A stretch of DNA of 32,000 nucleotides, taken from Methanococcus maripaludis (GTDB lineage Archaea > AGJL01 > Methanococci > Methanococcales > Methanococcaceae). A model generated the notes under the pieces. That model saw only the letters and a program-made list of their open reading frames with translations. It ran no database searches and was not told the origin of the DNA. The stretch covers positions 330,001 to 362,000 of the forward strand of contig NZ_CP026606.1 in the NCBI RefSeq assembly GCF_002945325.1, read 5' to 3'. This document shows, in pieces, positions 25,081 through 32,000 of this stretch. Position numbers and translations under genes: made by a program. How positions within the stretch are numbered: position 1 is the stretch's first letter; each line of letters begins with the position of its first letter.

Positions 25081-25605
25081 ATGAGATGTTTCCTTGCTAT
25101 TGAATTAAAAACTGACTTAAAAGAAAATTTAGAAACTTTTAAAAAGCAGTTTGATTTAAAAGGCATAAAAACAGTTGAAAATGAGAATTTACACATAACT
25201 GTGAAGTTTTTAGGGGATATTGATGATAAAAAACTTGAAGAAATAGTTAATTCAGATTTAAAAATTAAAAAAGTTATTTCTGAAATAAAAGGAGTTGGAA
25301 CGTTTCCAAATGAAGAATATATCCGTGTAATATGGATTGGAACGACACATCTTGAAGAAACTTTTAAAAATATTGATGAAAAACTCTTTAAATTGGGTTT
25401 TAAAAAAGAAAAAAGTTACGATCCGCACATCACACTTGGAAGAGTTAAATTTATCGAAAATGATTCAAAAGAAACCTTAAAAAAATTAATTGAAAAAAAT
25501 AAACATATTAATTTTGGAAAAATAGAAATAAATTCAGTTTCACTTATGAAAAGTACATTAACTAAGGACGGTCCAGTTTATGAAACCGTCAAACGTTGGG
25601 AATAA
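25081..25605 (+). CDS. thpR: RNA 2',3'-cyclic phosphodiesterase (2H family, ThpR/LigT)
   Basis: Two HxT/S motifs (NLHITVKFLG and DPHITLGRV) in a protein of about 174 aa. Confidence 0.9.
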   Translation: MRCFLAIELKTDLKENLETFKKQFDLKGIKTVENENLHITVKFLGDIDDKKLEEIVNSDLKIKKVISEIKGVGTFPNEEYIRVIWIGTTHLEETFKNIDEKLFKLGFKKEKSYDPHITLGRVKFIENDSKETLKKLIEKNKHINFGKIEINSVSLMKSTLTKDGPVYETVKRWE

Positions 25606-25606
25606 A

Positions 25607-26173
25607 TTAAAGATATTCTGAAACATATAAAATTCCATCGTGTCCAGTTATAACGTGTTTTTTCAAAGCTACTATTCTTTGGATTGATTTTTTTGAAATT
25701 TCAAGGTCTATTGCAATGGGAATATCATAATTTTGTAAAATATTTTTTTTAAGGTGAACTGCGGCAGGTGCAACAACATAATCCCCATGAATTACAGAAA
25801 TACTGTCAAATGTGTGCCCCGGAGTCCACATGATTTCTACTTCTGGATCTTTAAAATCATTTATGGATCCATCAGAATATTTAACAATTTCAGCATTTCT
25901 AAAAAGCCCGTTATTTCCATTGTGGTTATTGTGGTTGTGTGAACTTATAATATAGTCTATTTCTTTTAATTTAACATCTAATTTATTCAAATTTGAAATT
26001 ATAATCTTTTTTTTATCTTTTGAAGAAGTATCCACAATTATTTTATTTTCCGAGGTTTCTATATACGTACAAGATGAGCTGGGGGCTACAAATACGTTAT
26101 TTTTCTCATCAAGATACGTAACCGAACCACTATACAATACTTTTAACAAAAAAATCACGTCCAAAATAAACAA
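25607..26173 (-). CDS. MBL-fold metallo-hydrolase-like protein with variant motif 2 (HNHNNH)
   Basis: …YIISSHNHNNHNGNNG… (in place of HxHxDH), …TPGHTFDS… and …ITGHDG…. The start is uncertain: the track uses TTG at 26173, while a TTG at 26149 (MLKVLYSGS…) follows a GACGTGAT RBS-like element. Confidence 0.7.
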   Translation of the reverse strand: MFILDVIFLLKVLYSGSVTYLDEKNNVFVAPSSSCTYIETSENKIIVDTSSKDKKKIIISNLNKLDVKLKEIDYIISSHNHNNHNGNNGLFRNAEIVKYSDGSINDFKDPEVEIMWTPGHTFDSISVIHGDYVVAPAAVHLKKNILQNYDIPIAIDLEISKKSIQRIVALKKHVITGHDGILYVSEYL

Positions 26174-26202
26174 TATTTTATTTAAAGTTTAAGTTAATAA
26201 AC

Positions 26203-28152
26203 TTATTTCTTTAATCCTCCACGAAGGGTTGCTGCAACGCCATAATCAAATTCCATCAATTCTCGACCATTTAGTATTGTTGTACCGTATGCCAATAATT
26301 CGTCATCAGAATTTACAATCAAAACTTCTTCAAATGGCCTTAATTCTGGATCACAGTCTTTAACGAATTTAGAATAAACGGATTTTCCAGCCCTTGCAAA
26401 TTCTTCGACACTGCTGTCGATTATTATTCTATATTTTGGAAACTCGAGTTTTTCATGTAAAAGTTCAGCACCTGATTTTGCAGGAATCAAGAAGTTGTCA
26501 TTTGCCCGTAATGTAAACAAAACCTCTTTTTCAAGTAAAAGATTTCTAATTCTGCCAGTATTTTTACTTCTTCTTGATTTTACTTTTCCCATTAATTCAT
26601 CGTCGAGTATTTTAGCACCATACTGGTATTCAAGCATTTTTCCAATTCTAAAAATATCGGGATTAACTTTGTCGCACTCTTTTTTCTTGCCGTAGTGATT
26701 TATGTAGTAGTTGTATGTACTTATATCGAGTATTTTTTCAGCGTGTTTTTCCTTAAATTCGCTTATAAATTCATTATTATATTTTTTTTCAAAATCATAC
26801 AAATCTGGAACTTCATTTTGAGCTAATGGATACATTGTATCAATATTTAGTGGAACTAACCCAAATACGCTGTCTTTTATGAGTACATCAACATCGCAAG
26901 GTACATTGTCTAAATTTTCATGGTAGGGTTTTGAAGTATGTTCTGAAACGCTTGTTACGTAGATTTTATCGTACTGAATTCTTTCAAGCCTTTGTTTGTG
27001 CCTGTAAATTTCAGGCCTATTCATACTTTCATATCCCGTGTAGAAAAATCCGGACTTTTTAGAGACAGGATCATGTTTTTCGATGAAATCCATATATTTT
27101 GAAATAACTCTCAAACCGTTCAAAAGTTTAGGGTGGCTTCTGCACCTTTCTTCAACGAGTTCCCAGAGGTTTCCTTCTTTTATTGCATTTTTAATTCTAT
27201 CAATTTCTTCAAAAGTAACGTATAAATTGTGTTCTGCAAGTAATCTCGTTTTTTCCTTTTCATTTAAGTTGTAGAGCTGTTTTGGAGTGTATTCACTGCA
27301 TACTTTACAGGTGCAAGGGAAACTTTTCAAATCTTTCATGTCTTTGAGGTGGAGAGTTCCGTCTGCTGTTAAATATCTTCCATTTTTAGCGTAAAGGGCA
27401 TATGCGGCACTATCAAATAAATCACATCCAAGTGCAACTGAAAGTGCAAATAACATCGGGTGTCCGCATCCAAAAAGATGAACAGGCTTGTTTGTTGGAA
27501 GATGCATTTTTGAATTTAAAATAACTTCTGCAACTTCCCTGTATCGATAATCTTCCATTAAAGGAACTACTGCACCAATTGGGTAGATATCAAAGTCCAT
27601 TTTACCCATAACTTCAGCACTTTTCTGCCTTAAATCGAGGTATTTTGAACCCTGAATTGTTCCATTCAGTGCAAGTTTATAGCCCATTTCACTTCTTCTT
27701 TTAATTGAATCTTCTGCTCTTTTAAATGTTTCAATTAGATCACTTTCAGCTTTTTCTCTTGAAACATCCGGGGCAGTTGGAATATCAAGTATTGTTCCAA
27801 CATCTACTCCGATTTTTTCCTGAAAATCGATTATTTCCATCGGGCCGACATTTACATCCCCATAAACGCTCAACTGAAATGAACCGCTATCCGTTACAAC
27901 AACATTTTTAAAGTCGATTAATTCGTGAATTCCTTTTGTTTCCGCAATTTCTCTAAGTTCAGGGGTCGTGTAAGTTATATACGAATTTGTAATTACAACA
28001 TCTGCCATTTTATTTATTAAATCCATTGAAACTGTCTGTTTTTTAGGATTTGGGTGAATTACAGGCATAATTGTTGGAGTTTCAATTTTTTTTCCGTTTA
28101 TCGTGATTACACCAAGTCTACCCATTGCATCACGAGCTTTTATTTCAAACAT
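26203..28152 (-). CDS. tgtA: Archaeosine tRNA-guanine transglycosylase (ArcTGT) with C-terminal PUA region
   Basis: MFEIKARDAMGRLGVITINGKKIETPTIMPVIHP…, …VTDSGSFQ… and a zinc site CTCKVC…H. The 649-aa length fits full-length archaeal TGT. Confidence 0.95.
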   Translation of the reverse strand: MFEIKARDAMGRLGVITINGKKIETPTIMPVIHPNPKKQTVSMDLINKMADVVITNSYITYTTPELREIAETKGIHELIDFKNVVVTDSGSFQLSVYGDVNVGPMEIIDFQEKIGVDVGTILDIPTAPDVSREKAESDLIETFKRAEDSIKRRSEMGYKLALNGTIQGSKYLDLRQKSAEVMGKMDFDIYPIGAVVPLMEDYRYREVAEVILNSKMHLPTNKPVHLFGCGHPMLFALSVALGCDLFDSAAYALYAKNGRYLTADGTLHLKDMKDLKSFPCTCKVCSEYTPKQLYNLNEKEKTRLLAEHNLYVTFEEIDRIKNAIKEGNLWELVEERCRSHPKLLNGLRVISKYMDFIEKHDPVSKKSGFFYTGYESMNRPEIYRHKQRLERIQYDKIYVTSVSEHTSKPYHENLDNVPCDVDVLIKDSVFGLVPLNIDTMYPLAQNEVPDLYDFEKKYNNEFISEFKEKHAEKILDISTYNYYINHYGKKKECDKVNPDIFRIGKMLEYQYGAKILDDELMGKVKSRRSKNTGRIRNLLLEKEVLFTLRANDNFLIPAKSGAELLHEKLEFPKYRIIIDSSVEEFARAGKSVYSKFVKDCDPELRPFEEVLIVNSDDELLAYGTTILNGRELMEFDYGVAATLRGGLKK

Positions 28153-28299
28153 GTTTCCACCATAAATTAAACTTTATAATCTGTAAAAATCGATAATTTT
28201 CAATAATAATCCCAAATGTTAAAATAGCAATTAACTATTAGATATATTACTTCATATAAAAAGAGATTCTTATTTAAAATATTTTTGGTTGGCGAGAAA

Positions 28300-28650
28300 A
28301 TGTATGAACAGGCTATTGTTATTCGAAATGATCTAAAAATGGGAAAGGGGAAAATGGCGGCTCAAGCCTGTCATGCATCACTTCAAGCTTTTTTACATGC
28401 TCAAAAAATAAGTTCATCTGCGGTTAGTGGCTGGATGAATGAAGGGCAGAAGAAAGTTGTGTTAAAAGTAAATTCTGAAAAGGAACTTTTAGAGATATTT
28501 AAAAACGTCAATATCGAAGGACTTCCGTGCAGTTTAATAAGAGATGCAGGAAGGACGCAGATTGAACCTGGAAGTCTTACTGCTGTTGGAATTGGCCCTG
28601 AAAAAGAAGAAAAAATTTCAAAAGTTACGAAAGATTTAAAATTACTTTAA
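28300..28650 (+). CDS. pth: Peptidyl-tRNA hydrolase, archaeal Pth2 type
   Basis: [27 protein letters not shown]…[21 protein letters not shown]. The track start at 28285 is TTG, and I prefer the ATG at 28300. Confidence 0.9.
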   Translation: MYEQAIVIRNDLKMGKGKMAAQACHASLQAFLHAQKISSSAVSGWMNEGQKKVVLKVNSEKELLEIFKNVNIEGLPCSLIRDAGRTQIEPGSLTAVGIGPEKEEKISKVTKDLKLL

Positions 28651-28785
28651 AACTTAAGTTTACAAGAGTTTTATAAAAATTTAAGCACTATTATAAATAT
28701 TTGAAAACAGAATAATAACATACAAAATTTAAGTTTACCGATTCATTTTATTCTTTAAGATTTGGATTCTAATCTGGTGATAATT

Positions 28786-30021
28786 GTGGCTGTTAAAATA
28801 GCAGAACTTACCTGTGGAGCCGAATACAGCGGTGTTCAGGCTGAAATTGAAAAAGCTGCGAAGGAAGTTGGTGGAGAACTTATATATCCTGAAGTCGATT
28901 TAGAATATATCGATAAAGTTAACGACTATTTGGGATTTGAAGTCGCGTCTGCTAACTTAAAATTAATGTTTGCAAGAGCAATGTCCATTATTGAAGGAAA
29001 TACTGATGCAGAAGCAGTCTTTATTTCAACCTGCTTTAGATGTGCTGAAGGGGCCCTTGTAAGAAACGAAGTTAGAAGATTAATACAACAAAACACGGAT
29101 TTACCTGTTGTTATGTATTCATTTACCGAAAGAACAAAAGCTTCAGAATTACTTACGAGAATGGAAGCTTTAGTTACAATTGTGGATAAAAAAGCACTTC
29201 TTGCAAGGAAAAAGCAGGATGGCATAAGTTTAGGGCTTGACAGTGGTTCAACTACAACAAAAGCAGTTATCATGAAAAATAACGAGGTTGTTGGAACAGG
29301 CTGGGTTTATACTAAAGATGTTATCGAATCTGCACAGGAAGCACTTGATGCGGCTTTAAAAGAATCTGGACTTAAGATGGAAGATATTGAAACAATTGGA
29401 ACTACAGGTTATGGTAGACACACCCTTGGGGACCACTACAAAGCTGATTTAGTACAGGAAGAATTAACTGTTAATTCAAAAGGTGCTGCATTCTTAGCAG
29501 GTGCTCAGAAAGGAGAAGCTACTGTAATAGATATTGGTGGAATGGATAACAAAGCAATTTCACTGAATAATGCAATTCCTGATGGTTTTACAATGGGAGG
29601 AATCTGTGCCGGTGCAAGCGGTAGATTCTTTGAAATTACTGCAAGAAGACTTGGAGTATCCATTCAGGAACTTGGTGATATTGCGGCAACCGGAGACTGG
29701 CGAAACGTCATGATGAACAGCTACTGTATTGTATTTGGGATTCAAGATTTAGTAACGGGTCTTGCAGGTGGTGCTACGCCAAATGATGTTGCAGCTGCGG
29801 CCGCCCACTCTGTTGCAGAACAAATTTACGAACAGCAACTCCAAGAAGTTGATGTAAGAGATCCTTTAATTTTGGTTGGCGGAAGCAGTCTTCTGAAAGG
29901 AATGGTTCTTGCACTTGAAGAAATACTCGGTAAAAAAATAATAGTTCCAAAATATTCTCAATATATCGGTGCAGTTGGTGCTGCATTGATCTCTTCAGGA
30001 TATAGGAATCTTAAAAAATAA
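28786..30021 (+). CDS. Methanogenesis marker 15 protein (BadF/BadG/BcrA/BcrD-type ATPase domain with N-terminal extension)
   Basis: …[34 protein letters not shown]… N-terminal domain, then an acetate/sugar-kinase-fold ATPase ([18 protein letters not shown]…[10 protein letters not shown]…LVGGSS). GTG at 28786 lies 5 nt after a GGTGA RBS (28776-28780); the track TTG at 28762 is less likely. Confidence 0.8.
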   Translation: MAVKIAELTCGAEYSGVQAEIEKAAKEVGGELIYPEVDLEYIDKVNDYLGFEVASANLKLMFARAMSIIEGNTDAEAVFISTCFRCAEGALVRNEVRRLIQQNTDLPVVMYSFTERTKASELLTRMEALVTIVDKKALLARKKQDGISLGLDSGSTTTKAVIMKNNEVVGTGWVYTKDVIESAQEALDAALKESGLKMEDIETIGTTGYGRHTLGDHYKADLVQEELTVNSKGAAFLAGAQKGEATVIDIGGMDNKAISLNNAIPDGFTMGGICAGASGRFFEITARRLGVSIQELGDIAATGDWRNVMMNSYCIVFGIQDLVTGLAGGATPNDVAAAAAHSVAEQIYEQQLQEVDVRDPLILVGGSSLLKGMVLALEEILGKKIIVPKYSQYIGAVGAALISSGYRNLKK

Positions 30022-30057
30022 CTTTTTTTAAGTTTTTAGGTTAATAGGTGTGGCATT

Positions 30058-31668
30058 ATGGACAGTAATATTGATGTTGAAATTTTATCCATTTTATCTG
30101 AAGCATCTGCCCCAGTTGGTGCAAAAATAATTGCAGATTCACTAAAAGACAGGGGTTATGATATTGGAGAAAGGGCTGTTAGGTATCACTTAAAAGTACT
30201 TGATGAAAACAGTCTTACAAAAAAATTAGGTTATTCTGGAAGAGAAATTACTGAAAAAGGAATTGAAGAACTTGAAAAAGCGAACATTTCATTTAGAATT
30301 GGTTCAGTATTCTCGCAAGTTATTGAAAAACTTTATCTGTCAGATTTTCCTTCAAAAGTTCTTATAAATACTGCTAAATTCGAAGGAGAGTATAAAACAA
30401 TAAAAGAAATGGTATTACGATCATTTGAAGCAGGTTATTCTGTAGGAGATTACCTAAATATCAAGAAAAAAGGAAATACAGTATCTGTAGAAACCCTTTG
30501 TAGCATTACGTTTGATAACTTTTTATTAAAAAACGGAATAATTCCAACCCCTGAATACGGTGGAATCGTTAAATTTGAAGATTACGAGCCAGTGAATTTT
30601 GAAGGAGTAATTGATTTTAAAAGTTCTTCAATTGACCCATTAGTTGCATTTATCATGCAGGGAAAAACTGATGTAATAGGAGTAATTGAAAACGGAGAAG
30701 GACTCGTTCCTGCAAACTTCCGAGTAATTCCAAAATCAAGTGAAAAACAGTTTGAAACTATCCTTAAAAAAGACATGCTAAATTCTGTTTTAGCATATGG
30801 AACTGAAAACGTACTTGGAATGAATTTAAACCCTGAACAGATTGGAGTAGTGTTGGTTGGTGGATTAACGCCACTTTGTATCCCTCACGAATCAGGATAT
30901 ACTGCAGACATAAGTGCTGCCACACAGCTTAAAGATATTTCATCAATGGAGAAAAAAACAAAAGGATTCCTTGAAGCAAAGAAAAAGAAAGGAAAATTTA
31001 AAGTAACTCCAGTTTTATCCAAAATGCTTTCAAAAATGCAGACCATAAATTATGATATTGAAGATAAAAAAGGCAACGTTGTTGTAAACACTGCAAAAAT
31101 TCCTATTGAATACAAGGAAGAAGCAATAAATGCATTAAAAGACAGTTATGAAAATAAACTCGCAATTTCAGATCGATTGAAAGTAGAATGCGACGATAAA
31201 TTCTTAAATGCATACACAATATGTTCATTAACTGTTGATGGAGTATTTTTGAAAAACAAAATTCCAGTAATTCCATACTATGGTGGAATTTTAGAAGTAA
31301 AAGCAGATAAAAAACGGTTTATTGAAGCAATTGACTACGAAGGGACTTCGCTTGACCCTCATGAGGTATTTTTCAATAAAGCTGATGGTAAAAACTACAT
31401 TTTAGCAGGTATTCGGAAAGTTCCAATGTCTGCATCTGAAAAATTAATAGAACTTAACGAAAAACTCGGTTGGAATTCGATAATCGAAATAGGAAGGCCA
31501 AATAACGATATCTGCGGTGTTCGTGTTGAAAAATGTATGTTTGGAATCACCACAATTGGTGGAACAAACCCATTTGCAAATATACGCAAAAATAACATCC
31601 CTGTGGAAATGAAGACCCTCCACAAATCAATTGACTATTCAGAACTAACACATTACGACGATATTTAA
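30058..31668 (+). CDS. nrpR: Nitrogen regulatory repressor NrpR (wHTH + two NrpR/DUF128 domains)
   Basis: N-terminal wHTH (ILSILSEASAPVGAKIIADSLKDRGYDIGERAVRYHLKVLDE) followed by two homologous ~220-aa domains, each containing …IPxxYGGI… and …DPxxxF… blocks, separated by a K-rich linker. This is the architecture described for Methanococcus maripaludis NrpR. AGGTG RBS at 30046-30050. Confidence 0.9.
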   Translation: MDSNIDVEILSILSEASAPVGAKIIADSLKDRGYDIGERAVRYHLKVLDENSLTKKLGYSGREITEKGIEELEKANISFRIGSVFSQVIEKLYLSDFPSKVLINTAKFEGEYKTIKEMVLRSFEAGYSVGDYLNIKKKGNTVSVETLCSITFDNFLLKNGIIPTPEYGGIVKFEDYEPVNFEGVIDFKSSSIDPLVAFIMQGKTDVIGVIENGEGLVPANFRVIPKSSEKQFETILKKDMLNSVLAYGTENVLGMNLNPEQIGVVLVGGLTPLCIPHESGYTADISAATQLKDISSMEKKTKGFLEAKKKKGKFKVTPVLSKMLSKMQTINYDIEDKKGNVVVNTAKIPIEYKEEAINALKDSYENKLAISDRLKVECDDKFLNAYTICSLTVDGVFLKNKIPVIPYYGGILEVKADKKRFIEAIDYEGTSLDPHEVFFNKADGKNYILAGIRKVPMSASEKLIELNEKLGWNSIIEIGRPNNDICGVRVEKCMFGITTIGGTNPFANIRKNNIPVEMKTLHKSIDYSELTHYDDI

Positions 31669-31690
31669 ATTTTAATATAAGGAGATAATT

Positions 31691-32000
31691 ATGGGAAAAA
31701 AGGACAAAAGATGGGTTCTTCAAAGGAAAAACGACCATTACTATAATTTAGCAAAAAGAAGAAATTACAGATCACGAGCAACGTATAAATTATTCCAGTT
31801 GAATGAAAAATTCAATTTGATAAAAGAAAGAAACGTTGTTGTAGATTTAGGGTGTGCTCCAGGAGGATGGCTCCAAGCTGCAAGAGATATTGTTGGAGAT
31901 AATGGATTTATCGTTGGAATTGATTTACAAACTGTAAAACCGCTCCCACATGACAACGTCATTGCAATTAAAGGCGATATGACAAAAGAAGAAATATTAA
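31691..32000 (+). CDS. rlmE: 23S rRNA 2'-O-ribose methyltransferase RlmE/FtsJ (5' part; continues beyond the right edge)
   Basis: [41 protein letters not shown]…[13 protein letters not shown]… (SAM-binding motif I). AGGAG RBS at 31679-31683. There is no stop before the window end, so it is absent from the track. Confidence 0.9.
   Translation, partial: MGKKDKRWVLQRKNDHYYNLAKRRNYRSRATYKLFQLNEKFNLIKERNVVVDLGCAPGGWLQAARDIVGDNGFIVGIDLQTVKPLPHDNVIAIKGDMTKEEIL

Noticed and set aside
1-32000. Search by eye for NrpR operators (GGAA-N6-TTCC) in intergenic regions, since nrpR is encoded here.
   Set aside because: I found none in the intergenic regions I read. GGAA…TTCC pairs seen (for example within feoB around 10760) have the wrong spacing and are intragenic. 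A computational scan would be needed to be sure.
1-32000. CRISPR arrays, tRNA/rRNA genes, integrases, transposases, toxin-antitoxin pairs or known defence genes.
   Set aside because: No regularly spaced repeats, no additional GC-rich structured islands other than 23193-23316, and no proteins with recombinase, nuclease or defence signatures were seen. The window looks like core chromosome.

Overview
AT-rich archaeal chromosome segment with a Methanococcus-type gene set: two-domain NrpR nitrogen repressor, MCR activation component A2, methanogenesis marker 15, eL34-cmk-eL14, and GGTGAT-type ribosome-binding sites. It is densely coding, about 40 genes on both strands. I saw no rRNA, tRNA, CRISPR array, integrase, transposase or other mobile-element signature. 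All assignments rest on reading motifs in the translations; no searches were run. Left third: a co-directional envelope cluster (MacB/FtsX-type ABC transporter, repeat-rich anchored surface protein, membrane-tethered wHTH regulator, anchored beta-propeller protein). This is followed by rubrerythrin, an orphan wHTH protein and an iron locus (DtxR-like repressor, feoA, small Cys-rich ORF, feoB). Middle: housekeeping genes and a compact operon of PII-like protein, Cys-rich DUF134 HTH and atwA. Right third: many RNA-modification and repair genes (tiaS, truD, Trm112-like, thpR, tgtA, pth2, rlmE), then marker 15 and nrpR. The most notable observations are six. (1) The DtxR-like repressor next to feoAB is split by one extra base in an A7/T7 run. 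(2) A promoter/start module is duplicated in the feo locus, creating an unannotated 45-aa Cys-rich ORF. (3) A structured, relatively GC-rich candidate ncRNA with H/ACA-like geometry lies just downstream of truD. (4) The PII-like/DUF134(Cys4)/atwA operon has a perfect 12-bp palindrome at its promoter. (5) The archaeal MacB-type envelope cluster is uncharacterised. (6) An in-frame 9-bp tandem duplication sits inside the metal-binding motif of an MBL-fold protein. None of these is proven to be a new system.
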